DNA of 64,000 bases. Origin: Tortispora ganteri. Lineage: Eukaryota. Within the stretch, counting starts at the first letter, position 1; the number at the start of each line of letters is the position of its first letter. The stretch is from the NCBI GenBank assembly GCA_003707115.1, contig PPNB01000004.1, positions 248,001 to 312,000 on the forward strand, in the 5' to 3' direction. The notes under the pieces were generated by a model that was not told the origin of the DNA, did no database searches, and saw only the letters and a list, made by a program, of their open reading frames with translations. This document shows positions 21,636 to 32,893 of this stretch, one piece after another. The translations under genes and the position numbers were made by a program.

Positions 21636-23954
21636 ATGTCATCGCATTTTTATTTTAGCGACGACAGTAATGCAGGATCATCGCGTCAAAATGAATCGGA
21701 CTCTGGCTATTCCGAAGATTCCATAATGAATGACCCTGCAGCAAGAGCGCAAATCTTGGAGATTAGATACCAACAAAATAGAAAAGCTTTATCTGGCTCT
21801 TTGGATGACTGCTACTTACTAGTTAACAGATTGATATCGTTAAATGCTTCTCATACAATTCATCTCAACCTTGGATCTCCATATCATCTTTTAAATCTCG
21901 ATCTCCGACTTGGGTCGACCGCGCAAGTACAAGAAAACTCACTAGATCATACAGCTATTGCATCTTTATTGAATGATAGATTAAGAGCTATATTGGCACA
22001 TTTATCCAGTCTACAAGAACGTATGCGCGATACTTCGTCCAAAATTCTTGTCACTGGCGACTTAAACGCCGGTAAGAGTACGTTCTGTAATGCACTTTTA
22101 AGGAGGAATATTCTACCCACAGATCAACAACCGTGCACCTCCGTGTTTGCCGAAATTCTAAATGCTAAATACAATGACGGTGTTGAAGAGGTGCATGCGG
22201 TTCCCTGCGGCTCGACATATTTACGGCAGGACTGTACAACCTACCGCATCTTCCCCCTCGCGGCTCTACACTCTCTCATAGAAGATGCAGAAAAATACTC
22301 AGTTTTAAAAGTATATATTAGCAAATTGGATGATCATCCAACCTTGATACATAATGACCTTGTGGGTGCTTCTCTCATCGACGGTCCTGGATTGAACAAG
22401 GACTCAATTCAAACTACAAACCTATTCACTCGGCAAGAAGAAATTGATGTCGTAGTGTTTGTAGTCAATGCAGAAAATTATTTTACTTTGTCAGCTCAAG
22501 AATTTATTGCCACTGCTGCTCGTGAAAAGGCCTTTTTGTTTATTGTGGTCAATAGATTCGACAATATCGTGAATACTAAAAAATGTATTTCCAACATCCT
22601 CGAGCAAGTGCATGAATTGGCACCCGATACCTATGATAAAGCTTCTGATCTTGTACATTTTGTGTCATCGAAGAATGTAACTGGCTCTCGAAACCCGGGC
22701 GATGATGGGGATGACAGCGATAGTGATAACGCTGAAAACAAAGAGAACCACTTCCATAAAAAAAGTAATGATAATTACAGTGACAAGAAGGAAAAAAGCA
22801 AGGAACCTAACAAAGACACCAATAATGAAAATTCAGATGCCGAGTTTGCCTCTCTGGAATCTTCTCTCTACCAGTTTGTAATACAGAAGAGATCTCTATC
22901 TAAACTTGCACCTTCAAAGAAGTATTCTCTTGGTTTACTTCAGGATATCAGACTTGTTTGTATGGAAAATAAGAAGTTCCTTGAGATTAAAAAGACTGAA
23001 ACACGAGAAGAACTAGATGAATTGAGACCTAAGCATGAGAAACTGCTGAAAATTAGTGCTGAAACATCGGAACAAATTGACAAGCAGGTAGAATCATTGT
23101 CTCAATCTGTTTACGATTACACTCGGCGACAGATCATGCGAACAGTTGAAGAATCCCAAGAAACTGCGTCAGTTCCGTATCCTGGGTTTTTTCATGCAAT
23201 CGATTATGCTATCAGCACTCGTGAAGCTATTGTTCAATCAATTCAAGGTTCGGTTATCAGATGCGAAAATTATGCACGAGAACAAACTATCACGGGCTTC
23301 AATGCTATAAAGTCAATAGGATTGATACATTTGCAAGGAAACTACAGGGAAATGGTGTTCCGCTCAGAAAAGATGTTTACCAGGAGAAAAGATACACTGT
23401 CGAGAACTCTTGACTCCGATTTAGAGCCGTTTGACTTTATTGACTTGGAAAGATATAAAGGTCTCGCACTGTCTACATTTACTAGCATGTCTCTGTCGTT
23501 CACCCTTTTTGGTATAGGGCCTTATTATAGCAATATTTTAGCATCCGCATGGCGTTGGATATCTACAATAGGGGGGTCAGGCGGTATACAGCGGTTGTTT
23601 GTACCACTGGTGCTATGTGGCAGTGCTGTGACGATGGCGTATGTTATTCGAGATATTCCTATTGCTGTTCCGAGGAATGTTGGTAGAAAAATTGCTCGAC
23701 AGTTAGATGAGCAAGACTATATTCATTCAAATGCATTGCGCCTTTCCCGTGAATGCATTCGTCTGTTGCACGTGCCAGCACGTGGAATTCGACACACATT
23801 CGATAATCTCATCAATAAGCAGCAAGAGCAGAAAATCGAGTTGGAGAAAGACGTGGACAGCATAGATGAAGCTTTGCAACAATTTAAAGAAATTGCTGAT
23901 GAAGCTGATATGCAGTATGAAATTGTATCTGCAATTGATCTTGCTGTAGACTGA
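21636..23954 (+). CDS. FZO1: Mitofusin GTPase Fzo1
   Basis: 'SSKILVTGDLNAGKSTFCNALLRR..LPTDQQPCT', 'IDGPGLN', 'RQEEIDVVVFVVNAEN'; two TM segments near the C-terminus. Confidence 0.95.
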   Translation: MSSHFYFSDDSNAGSSRQNESDSGYSEDSIMNDPAARAQILEIRYQQNRKALSGSLDDCYLLVNRLISLNASHTIHLNLGSPYHLLNLDLRLGSTAQVQENSLDHTAIASLLNDRLRAILAHLSSLQERMRDTSSKILVTGDLNAGKSTFCNALLRRNILPTDQQPCTSVFAEILNAKYNDGVEEVHAVPCGSTYLRQDCTTYRIFPLAALHSLIEDAEKYSVLKVYISKLDDHPTLIHNDLVGASLIDGPGLNKDSIQTTNLFTRQEEIDVVVFVVNAENYFTLSAQEFIATAAREKAFLFIVVNRFDNIVNTKKCISNILEQVHELAPDTYDKASDLVHFVSSKNVTGSRNPGDDGDDSDSDNAENKENHFHKKSNDNYSDKKEKSKEPNKDTNNENSDAEFASLESSLYQFVIQKRSLSKLAPSKKYSLGLLQDIRLVCMENKKFLEIKKTETREELDELRPKHEKLLKISAETSEQIDKQVESLSQSVYDYTRRQIMRTVEESQETASVPYPGFFHAIDYAISTREAIVQSIQGSVIRCENYAREQTITGFNAIKSIGLIHLQGNYREMVFRSEKMFTRRKDTLSRTLDSDLEPFDFIDLERYKGLALSTFTSMSLSFTLFGIGPYYSNILASAWRWISTIGGSGGIQRLFVPLVLCGSAVTMAYVIRDIPIAVPRNVGRKIARQLDEQDYIHSNALRLSRECIRLLHVPARGIRHTFDNLINKQQEQKIELEKDVDSIDEALQQFKEIADEADMQYEIVSAIDLAVD

Positions 23955-24097
23955 TCGAAAAGATCCTGTGATGAAGCTCTTGGGATTATGTATATATGAA
24001 AACAATTTACTGGATTGTGTTTTTTGATAATAACTCTTTGCATATATTTTATAGCTTTTTAAATGTTTTTATTTAACATAAGAGCGAAACCAACATG

Positions 24098-24613
24098 TTA
24101 ATCGCTGTTCTCTGCCAAGAATTCCTCATAGGCAGTGTCGTCAAGAAGACTGTCGGTTTCGCTGGGGTTGGCGAGTTGAATACGAACAAACCAACCTTCA
24201 CCCATGGGGTCTTTATTTATTACACCTGGTGTTGAATTCAGTTGTTCGTTCACTTCCACGATTTCACCTTCGACAGGAGAGTATATGTCAGAGGCAGACT
24301 TAACAGATTCAACAGCACCAATGGTATCACCAGCTTCAACAGTGGTTCCAATTTCCGGGAGCTCTACATAAACCAGATCACCAAGAGATTCAGCAGCATA
24401 TTCTGAGATTCCAATAAAAGCAGTGTTGTCCTCATGGAGAGCTAACCACTCGTGGTCTTTAGAAAATCGCAGTTTAATATCACCGGACCCATATTTGCGT
24501 ACGGGCGATGATTCGGGAATGGAAATAGAATAGAATCGAGAGGCAGTAGGCACAATTGAACGTGAAACTAAACGTCCTACAGCAGGAGCAGCAAATCTTG
24601 ATAAACGTAGCAT
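24098..24613 (-). CDS. GCV3: Glycine cleavage system H protein, mitochondrial
   Basis: Mitochondrial presequence, 'FSKDHEW', lipoyl motif 'VESVKSASDIYSP'. Confidence 0.96.
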   Translation of the reverse strand: MLRLSRFAAPAVGRLVSRSIVPTASRFYSISIPESSPVRKYGSGDIKLRFSKDHEWLALHEDNTAFIGISEYAAESLGDLVYVELPEIGTTVEAGDTIGAVESVKSASDIYSPVEGEIVEVNEQLNSTPGVINKDPMGEGWFVRIQLANPSETDSLLDDTAYEEFLAENSD

Positions 24614-24856
24614 GATTTATTAAATTAACTTATTAGTATTTTTCTGAGTTTTTTGCTTTCGTTATGGAAAATGACAGGTCCAGGACAACAGAGCGACTAA
24701 CGCGGGTGGAATATATAGCCTGGGTAACAGAGTTAAATTTATTGTCCAATCATAAAACTACAACATCTTAGGGTTAAAGTCTTTCTCATTACACATCATC
24801 AATCTAAATTTCGGAAAGCACATATTAACCATTCACATTTACTCGGAAAACTGGCC

Positions 24857-25210
24857 ATGTTGTATGAAATTGTAGCCATAGCTCGAACGCGGTATAGCAC
24901 AGGATTGCAAGAAGTACGTAATATTGTTCGTACTATTGGCAAACTGATCCTGGAGAATGGAGGAGTGGTCAGAAAGATGGAATATATGGGCAGAATGCAG
25001 CTTCCAAAAGTGACACGAGCACATCGACAACACCATATAGACGGCGAACATTTTTCTATCGTATTCGATACTAGCCCGCGAACACAAACTCAAATAAGAA
25101 AGACTATGACTGCCGACCCGCGTATCATAAGAAGCACTGTGTTTAAGCTAGCAGATACTCTGCCTAAAAATTCTGAACTAGCTAAAGACATGGTTCAGAA
25201 AAAATTGTAA
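24857..25210 (+). CDS. MRP17: Mitochondrial ribosomal protein bS6m (Mrp17)
   Basis: 'MLYEIVAIAR', 'IGKLILENGGVVR', 'DPRIIRS'. Confidence 0.88.
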   Translation: MLYEIVAIARTRYSTGLQEVRNIVRTIGKLILENGGVVRKMEYMGRMQLPKVTRAHRQHHIDGEHFSIVFDTSPRTQTQIRKTMTADPRIIRSTVFKLADTLPKNSELAKDMVQKKL

Positions 25211-25251
25211 ATACACAAAGTGGCATGAAAAATATATGAATAATAATGACA

Positions 25252-26475
25252 TTAAGAATTCCTATACTCGCGAATAACAACCGGCACTGAACTTGGTGGT
25301 AAGTTACCTAGCTCTGTAACTATTTTCCGTATACAATCCGGAGGTGTAAGATCATACAAAACGTGAAGTGCTTTCACCGAAGATTTAGCACATATTTGTA
25401 AATTCATATCTTCCGGTCTTCCAAGTTCATTAGTAGTCAAAGCATCTAGCTGCACTCGATCCGAGAATTTAATAGACTCGCAGTATACAAGCACGGGTAT
25501 ATTCCTGTCTGTAGCAGATTGCGCAACCAAGGCAGTTCCTGCTCTGGAGTATAACATTCCATTGCTAAACATTGCGTGCGCACCGAGCAGCACGACATTG
25601 ACTTCTGATAGGACATAATGTAAACCAGTCATGAATACGTATGAGCAAGGAATATCGGCGGCCTGCAATTCTTGCAGTAGTCTCTTTCCCTCGAGCAGTG
25701 GACGTGAATCTACCACTATCACTCTAAAGTCTTTACCACTTCTCTTGGCATCGCGTAACACTTTTGACACAACTGAAGAGTGCGCAAAAGTCAGTATAAC
25801 TGCGCCGTCGTTTATTTGCGGTACAGCAAGCTGTGAAATGACCTGACTTGCAGCATCTAGTTTATCTCGAATGAAATCTCCAATGGCATTGACCAAGTTA
25901 TCCTTTACTACATCTTCTGAATCGTTCAAACACTTTGATATTTCCTGCTTTAGCCATCGAATGGCGTTTCCCATAGATACAGAGAGCGGCCTAGCCTGCT
26001 TGAGATAATCAATTTGCTTACCAAGGTATGTATTAAGACTCCTCGCCATCAGTGTACCAGGAGGAGTGCGATATTCACGAATCATTCTCTGAAACGCTAA
26101 CAGCATTTGCCGGCAGCGTTCTGTAGATCCTAATACTTGAAATGCAGACATTCTGACCGCCAATTCGAACACTGCGGAATTAACATCTTCGGGCACAGGA
26201 GCACCTAATCTGGGACGCAATTCTAAATGACCTAACAAAGTACCTAGTGCATATTGACTAGTGGATTGTGTATCATTTGATGCAGATTTTTTATGGGCTG
26301 TGATTCCTGGTTTTATCGAATCAGGTTTTGGTTTGTTGCTCGATTTTTGACGGTTTTGTGGTAATTGTGACACACCTTGTTCACCCTTCTGTTCTTTTCT
26401 TCTTGCTGCCTTTTCTGCCTTCTTCAACTTTTTTAGTTCCGCCGGAGTTAGTACTTTTTGTTCAGCAGCGTCCAT
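25252..26475 (-). CDS. GCD2: Translation initiation factor eIF2B delta subunit
   Basis: 'ARPLSVSMGNAIRWLK', 'VIVVDSRPLLEG', 'LYSRAGTALVA', 'CESIKFSDRVQLD'. Confidence 0.95.
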   Translation of the reverse strand: MDAAEQKVLTPAELKKLKKAEKAARRKEQKGEQGVSQLPQNRQKSSNKPKPDSIKPGITAHKKSASNDTQSTSQYALGTLLGHLELRPRLGAPVPEDVNSAVFELAVRMSAFQVLGSTERCRQMLLAFQRMIREYRTPPGTLMARSLNTYLGKQIDYLKQARPLSVSMGNAIRWLKQEISKCLNDSEDVVKDNLVNAIGDFIRDKLDAASQVISQLAVPQINDGAVILTFAHSSVVSKVLRDAKRSGKDFRVIVVDSRPLLEGKRLLQELQAADIPCSYVFMTGLHYVLSEVNVVLLGAHAMFSNGMLYSRAGTALVAQSATDRNIPVLVYCESIKFSDRVQLDALTTNELGRPEDMNLQICAKSSVKALHVLYDLTPPDCIRKIVTELGNLPPSSVPVVIREYRNS

Positions 26476-26903
26476 ACTAAGAAGAAAACTGGAAAATAGA
26501 AGAAAAGGTGAGTCGAATATGCCGGCAGAAACTATTTGCTTTGGGAATAATACAATTTTGCCTAAGTAACTAAAAAGTCAAGTTGATAAGCCAAAAGAAG
26601 ACCCTTCACATGAACAAACATCTATCTATCTCTCCTTAGGTTAATTTCCTGCCTTGTTATAACTTAACTACAATTTGTATTAAAATTGATTCATATTTTG
26701 CTTTACTATTTCAAGTGTCGGCCTTTTAAAAGCCCAAAAAATCAGCTGTTTTCATTAATACTACAGCTATAATAAATTGTGTGCCTTTTTATTATATACC
26801 CTCCCACCCTAAAAACCCATTTCCACCGCTACAATTTTTTTTTTCTTCTTTCTTCAACCTTTCACATTATTTTAGTATTCTTTATCATTTACTGAAAATC
26901 TCA

Positions 26904-29624
26904 ATGTGGACTCCTAATCAATCGAGTCTGGAGTCTCTTACAAACGCTCTCTCTCAGAGTTTGGCAAGAGACGTCAATGTAAGAAGACAGGCCCAATCTG
27001 TCCTCGACGGATACGTATACAATCCAGAATTACCCCAATATTTATGCTTCATATTTATACAATCTGATCAATCTCTTCTAGAAACTAGAGCAACTGCCGG
27101 AACATTCTTGAAAAATATAATATCCAGTTCTTTTGCCTCATTTACTGATTTAGCGAAAAGCTACATAAAATCAATCATAACAAAAGGCCTTCTCGATACC
27201 ACCCCTCTAATCAGAAATATCACCGGTAATGTCTTAACCTCAATCATACACTCTGGAGGTATCCTCTCATGGCCAGAATTGTTTCCTCTTCTCATATCAT
27301 TAGCAGAATCTAATGAACTTTATGTCCAAGAAGCAGCTTTGAGCTCTCTGGAGAAAATCTCTGAAGATAATGCTGCCGAACTTGATAAGAATTACGGCAA
27401 TGAACAACCATCCGCTTTTATGATCCCGAAATTCATAGCGTTACTCTCAAATCCTTCTTCTTCTAACTCCATCAAAAAGTATAGTATTGCCTGTATTAAC
27501 TATTTTGCCGCTTTAGGCTCCTCTGCTGTCTTCCTATCTATTGACCAAATCCTATCAACTTTATTTCAAATTGCTCAGCAGCCCGATTCTGATCCAGCTA
27601 TACAATCAGAAGTCTGTGTGGCCTTTACAACGTTCTTGCATGCCTTCCCTGCTAATATTTCTCCCCATTTGGATGGCATAGCCAACTACTGCTTGCATGT
27701 AATTGCCACCAATGCAGAGATAGACGATCAAAGCTTTGCTGCTCTATCCGCTGGCGAATTCTTTATAACTTTGGCATCTACAACTTTCGATGGGCTAGCT
27801 ATTACGCAATTATTACCACAAATTATACCGGTGTTGTTCAAGCATATGCCTTATTCTGAAGAAGAACAAGAAGAAATATTGGCCGAGCATAATGCAATAG
27901 AAGAAAACCCTCAAAATGTGCGCCCATCTCATATAAAGTCGCGTGACGCAAAGTCCGCTCCGCATCAAAACTCCGGTGATCAATCGCATCAAGAAACTGA
28001 AAACGACGATGATGACGACGATGATGATGAATTCGAAGACGGAGTAGGTGAATGGACGCTGAGAAGATGTTGTGCATCTGCCTTAGACAGCTTTTCTAAC
28101 AAATATCCTGAAAATGTCATAGAGATTTTAATGCCTCTGCTCCTCAATTCCATGAATGCGTCAGATTGGCCAACAAGAGAAGCTTCTATTTTGGCGTTTG
28201 GTGCCGTTTCTGAAGGTTGCCTAAATTTCATATCCCCGCAGCTCCCTGAATTAATTGCATACTTAATTCAGTTATTAGATACGGCTGAGCCTCCGGTGCA
28301 ACAGATAGCATGCTGGACCTTGTCTAGATATACGCCCTGGATAATCAGACAATCAGAGCAAGGATTCCATGATGTCTACTATAAGCCAATGATTAATGGA
28401 ATTCTAAAGTGCTTTTATAGCCGAAGTCGCAATGTTCAAACCGCTGCTGTGGGTGCTATAGCCACAATCATTGAAAAGAGCTCTCACATGTTTATATCAT
28501 GCCTTCCCGATGTTCTACGGGGTGTCCATTATGGCCTAGCCAACTATAAACGAAGCTCTATTCGTGCTATTTATGACATAATCGTGATCATATGTGATTA
28601 TTTATCATATGCTGTGGCTACGCCAGAGTTTGTTGAGCAGATTGTTCCATTAATTATACAACAGTGGCACCAGTTAGGCAAGGATGATACTCTTGTTTTT
28701 CTTATTCTTGATGCGTATACAGCACTTTCTGGTGCACTCGGTCCTGTCCTTGGCGGCTATGGCCCAGAAATATTCAAACAATGCCACAATCTGTTGCAAG
28801 AAAGTTTAGTTATGAGTCAGCATGCAATGCAAGATCCTACAGCTGAGGAGCCTGATATTGATCTCATTATTGCTTCTCTTGACACTTTAGATGGATTTGT
28901 TCGTGGTTACCAAGATCAAGCAGCCAACTTGTTTGCTCTAGTGCCCTCACCCTCATATTCAGAACTGATACTTATGTGCGCCGAATACGGCGACTCGGAT
29001 GTGCGCCAAAGTGCATTTGGTGCTATTGGTGATGCAGCGCTTTATTGCTACAGCCTTATTTCAGATAACACGACACAATTGATGGATGCTACCATAAAGG
29101 GCCTAGATTATAATAACGATGAGGAAGTTGCAGCAGTCAATAACGCAGTGTGGGCTCTGGGAGAGCTGTCTCTGCATGCCGGATCTGATATTCAGAAGCA
29201 AGTTCCTACAATCTATCCGAAGCTACTAAAACTGCTTCTTAATTCTGATTTAGCGAGTCTGAAAGAGAACGCAGCAATCACTCTGTCGAGATTAGGCGCT
29301 ATCAGTGCTCCAATGATTGCACCTCATTTGAAAGATTTTGCAAAGGCTTGGTGTGACGCTATGACATATGTAGCAGACTCAGAAGAAAAAGAATCTGCGT
29401 ATCGTGGGATGTGTGTGCTGATTGCGGAGAACCCGCATGGACTTGAGAGTGCCTTACTTCCGTTCCTTACGGCCATTGCACATTATGGAGATCCTGGTTC
29501 ATTGTTTGATACATTCCGTGCGGTAATTCAAGGCTACAAAAATCTAATACCTGGTTTCAATGAACAACTATTGGCTAATTTACAGCCAGATATTGTTTCG
29601 GCCATTGAGCCATATTTATACTAG
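26904..29624 (+). CDS. KAP104: Transportin / karyopherin beta-2
   Basis: HEAT repeats; acidic H8 loop followed by 'WTLRRCCASALD'; 'NNAVWALGE'; 'ENAAITLSRLG'. Start moved to the ATG at 26904. Confidence 0.9.
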   Translation: MWTPNQSSLESLTNALSQSLARDVNVRRQAQSVLDGYVYNPELPQYLCFIFIQSDQSLLETRATAGTFLKNIISSSFASFTDLAKSYIKSIITKGLLDTTPLIRNITGNVLTSIIHSGGILSWPELFPLLISLAESNELYVQEAALSSLEKISEDNAAELDKNYGNEQPSAFMIPKFIALLSNPSSSNSIKKYSIACINYFAALGSSAVFLSIDQILSTLFQIAQQPDSDPAIQSEVCVAFTTFLHAFPANISPHLDGIANYCLHVIATNAEIDDQSFAALSAGEFFITLASTTFDGLAITQLLPQIIPVLFKHMPYSEEEQEEILAEHNAIEENPQNVRPSHIKSRDAKSAPHQNSGDQSHQETENDDDDDDDDEFEDGVGEWTLRRCCASALDSFSNKYPENVIEILMPLLLNSMNASDWPTREASILAFGAVSEGCLNFISPQLPELIAYLIQLLDTAEPPVQQIACWTLSRYTPWIIRQSEQGFHDVYYKPMINGILKCFYSRSRNVQTAAVGAIATIIEKSSHMFISCLPDVLRGVHYGLANYKRSSIRAIYDIIVIICDYLSYAVATPEFVEQIVPLIIQQWHQLGKDDTLVFLILDAYTALSGALGPVLGGYGPEIFKQCHNLLQESLVMSQHAMQDPTAEEPDIDLIIASLDTLDGFVRGYQDQAANLFALVPSPSYSELILMCAEYGDSDVRQSAFGAIGDAALYCYSLISDNTTQLMDATIKGLDYNNDEEVAAVNNAVWALGELSLHAGSDIQKQVPTIYPKLLKLLLNSDLASLKENAAITLSRLGAISAPMIAPHLKDFAKAWCDAMTYVADSEEKESAYRGMCVLIAENPHGLESALLPFLTAIAHYGDPGSLFDTFRAVIQGYKNLIPGFNEQLLANLQPDIVSAIEPYLY

Positions 29625-29705
29625 AAACCGTTCTTAGTTGGGACATTCGATTAAGAAGAAGACTGACTGACTTAATAACCCTTTCTACTTTCGACCATAT
29701 CAATT

Positions 29706-31634
29706 ATGGACACCACTAAACCTGATGATGTTACTATTCAACTAGAGAATGCGCTTAATTCATGGATATCTGTAAATATAACTGAATTACAAAGTAATTT
29801 GGATAAGAAAAGTGAGGAGATTATCAATAATCAGAAACAATCTTTAATAAGTCGCAAAGAACTTGCAACACGTACTAAAGAGTTTCGAAAGCTTGAAGAC
29901 AACGAAAAGTTAACTGCATGGAAAGGTTTATTAAAATTATATCAAGGAGAAATTGATAGTCTTACTAATAGGAGTAAATTTTCAGATTCTTCATTTCTTG
30001 AAGTTTATCAAAAACTAGCTGAAGTCCCTGATCCTCACCCTTTCATAGAGCTCGCCATTGAATTTCGACAAGCATCTACCAAAGCCAATGCCCTACAAAT
30101 TGAAAATGAAACACTGAAAGCAAAACTTTCCTCCCAGAAAGATTACGACAAATTAAAGGATTTATTGGCCCAAACAGAGAAACGCCTCAGAGAAGAACCG
30201 GAAGCCAAAGTTGCAGCTAAAGAACAGGAACTATATGGACTTTTTGAGGAACAACAGCGGTCATGGGCATTGAAAGAGGAAGAGCTCAGTAGACAAGTTG
30301 AGCAATATCGTAACCAAATAAAAGAACTTCAGGGAAAAATTGTCTCAAATCAATCCGATAATGCAGAAATAGCTTACGGCGCTGGATCCAGCTCACAGTA
30401 TGAGCTAGAACTATTGACCAGCGACTTGGAGCGAACAAATGCTCGCGCGTTAGAAGTTGAAAGTCGTAACCTAGAACTTCGGCAAGAACTTGAATCTATA
30501 AAAAGTGAGTCAAAATTATTAGATGCTGACTCTCTGAAAGAGAAGGTGCTAAATCTTACCGCAGACGTGGATCGTTTAGAAAGTCAGAACATGGCATATC
30601 ACCGCAAGGTAGAGTCTCTCACAGCAGAGTTAGATAATTTGAGAGGACAATCTGAAAAACGAGTTGTTTCTTTAGAAAGAGAACTCAGTAGACGCCTTCA
30701 AGAACTTGATTCGCTGAAAACCAAGGTTGAGCAGGCACATGATTACGCTGAGATCAAGCGGGAACTTACTACTTTGAGATCAGTTATGTTTGGCTCAGAA
30801 GAATGGGATGATTCTGTAGGTGGTGATAACAGTGAGCAAGGACAGTTAGAGACAATGGCAATTATTCATAGTCAAAAACTTTCGAGCGAAGTCACTGTGC
30901 TACGAAATGAAAAGAATGACTTAGCAAAAGAACTATCTGCTGCACAATCCAAAGTGTCTGAGCTTTCTAAGGCATTGGATGATGCTAATGCACTTAATCG
31001 AAAACTAGAAGTGGATTTGTCTACTGTTTCGCACACAACTCCTAGCAGATACACCGAAAGTATTAGAGGAGGGTCGGTTGCTCCAAGTATAGCCAACCAT
31101 GGGCTATCCCGGAGTGGCCGACTTTCTCCAACTACGTCCATATTAGGCGGTATAATTCCTGAGGAGATGGATGGCGACGCAAGTGTCTCCTCTTCTGGAA
31201 CTAATAGCGTATTGCCTATTATTACACATCAAAGAGATCGTTTTAAGCAACGTAACCAAGAGCTTGAGGACGAACTTCGTTCGCATATTGCTAAGATGGC
31301 TGAACTGAAAAACGAAATACAGAGACTGAAAAAAGAGAACTCATCCTTGTCTAACAAAGCGAAGTATGCCAAAACGTTTCAATCTGGTCCGAGCTTAGAA
31401 GCTGGTACTGGAGGCCGAGGGAGTTACAATGTGCGGATTTCACCATTTGAAAGAAGTGGTCGCGCACTAGGCCATATGAATCAACTGGAGAGAGGACTGT
31501 ACAAAGCTGCAGATCTTATATTTGCAACCAAATTAACAAGGAGCCTTTTTGCGGGATATTGTATATTTGTGCATTTATTTATTATGTACATGTTCTTTAT
31601 GGGACTGGGATCCAACTCGCCCAAAGTGACTTGA
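29706..31634 (+). CDS. COY1: Golgin CASP/Coy1
   Basis: 'SRKELATRTKEFRK', 'LAEVPDP', coiled coil, 'LPIITHQRDRFKQRNQELE'; C-terminal TM with conserved Y and H. Confidence 0.92.
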   Translation: MDTTKPDDVTIQLENALNSWISVNITELQSNLDKKSEEIINNQKQSLISRKELATRTKEFRKLEDNEKLTAWKGLLKLYQGEIDSLTNRSKFSDSSFLEVYQKLAEVPDPHPFIELAIEFRQASTKANALQIENETLKAKLSSQKDYDKLKDLLAQTEKRLREEPEAKVAAKEQELYGLFEEQQRSWALKEEELSRQVEQYRNQIKELQGKIVSNQSDNAEIAYGAGSSSQYELELLTSDLERTNARALEVESRNLELRQELESIKSESKLLDADSLKEKVLNLTADVDRLESQNMAYHRKVESLTAELDNLRGQSEKRVVSLERELSRRLQELDSLKTKVEQAHDYAEIKRELTTLRSVMFGSEEWDDSVGGDNSEQGQLETMAIIHSQKLSSEVTVLRNEKNDLAKELSAAQSKVSELSKALDDANALNRKLEVDLSTVSHTTPSRYTESIRGGSVAPSIANHGLSRSGRLSPTTSILGGIIPEEMDGDASVSSSGTNSVLPIITHQRDRFKQRNQELEDELRSHIAKMAELKNEIQRLKKENSSLSNKAKYAKTFQSGPSLEAGTGGRGSYNVRISPFERSGRALGHMNQLERGLYKAADLIFATKLTRSLFAGYCIFVHLFIMYMFFMGLGSNSPKVT

Positions 31635-31945
31635 GATTACACAGCACACATATCAGCTACGAGAGAAGAGGCTATGACATGCATTTATAGGAAAGATAAA
31701 AGTCAGGGAGCATTTCCATTGAGTATATTTATTTTTTTTAACTAAAAGAAGTAGACATTGCAGCTATCCATGGAATGGAAAGGCAAGTAACGGACATAAA
31801 CCTATCTCATGGTGTGACAAAAGATGAATGTAGAGATTCAAGGAAAAAAGCGAAATTGCTTAGATAAATCAAGATAAAGACATAATATCTAATATAGGTT
31901 TAAGAGAGGAGAGGTAAAAGCTATAAAGGGGAGTGGACATCAAAT

Positions 31946-32452
31946 TTATTGGGCAGCAACGGCACCTTCCTTTGCCTTAGGCACATTTTCGAATCGTTCT
32001 TCTAGAATGAGCTCGATATGAGAAGGGAAAGATTGGTAAGCGTTAATGCGACCGTGAGCACGATAAGTTCGGCGTCTCATCTTAGGGGCTTGGTTGACTT
32101 GGATGTGAGTAATTACGAGGTTGTCAGTGTCAAGACCCTTAGCCTCAGCGTTAGCGATAGCATTCTTGATAAGACCTTCAACAAACTCAACTGACTTGAC
32201 AGGCCAACGGGCACGGGTAACACCAAACTCTTTACCTTGAGCAGTGCGACCAGTGCTAGTAGCATGTCGGCGGAAAGGAATAGCACGCTTGTGGTCCTTT
32301 ACGGCATCGAGGTAAGCAAGAGCCTTGTTTGCGTTCCATCCTCTGATGGCTGCAACTGTCTCGTGGGTATTCTTGTATGAGACACGGAGGTAAGAACCAC
32401 GAGCCTTAACTGTTTTCTCGGGATTAGTAGGTTCACAAGCGTAACGGGCCAT
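31946..32452 (-). CDS. RPL17: 60S ribosomal protein uL22 (L17)
   Basis: 'KARGSYLRVSYKNTHET', 'RWPVKS', 'RRRTYRAHGRIN'. Confidence 0.97.
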   Translation of the reverse strand: MARYACEPTNPEKTVKARGSYLRVSYKNTHETVAAIRGWNANKALAYLDAVKDHKRAIPFRRHATSTGRTAQGKEFGVTRARWPVKSVEFVEGLIKNAIANAEAKGLDTDNLVITHIQVNQAPKMRRRTYRAHGRINAYQSFPSHIELILEERFENVPKAKEGAVAAQ

Positions 32453-32893
32453 TAGGAAAAAAAATCAAGTGTGCTCGAAAAGGTAGAAGATCTGTGGTTG
32501 TTAGATTTCGGCAAAGGAATGTGGGTGCTGCTGTGGTTGGTGTGCTTTGGGAGGAAGCAGTGACTGTGAAATTAAAGTTCAAATGACATACCCTACAGTC
32601 AAAGACCTAGCCCTAAACTTGTGCATGCAAAAAAGTATTTGGGAGTGGGTGGGTTCGCCTGGTAACCCAATAATATTTTTTTTTCGCTTTCATTCTTACT
32701 TTGCTAATACTCTCGCAGCTCAAATACATAGCTGTTTTTTCTTGTAGTTCCTGTTATTGTTTTTCCTTGTCTTTATTAGCTTGAGGAAACTATTTTGCTT
32801 CAGATTAATAGGAAGTACAGGGTAATTTGTCGATTGGTTAAGGTGTACTTGCGAAAGTACGACGAGGAAATCAAGTGCTCTTTTCATTAGCTA

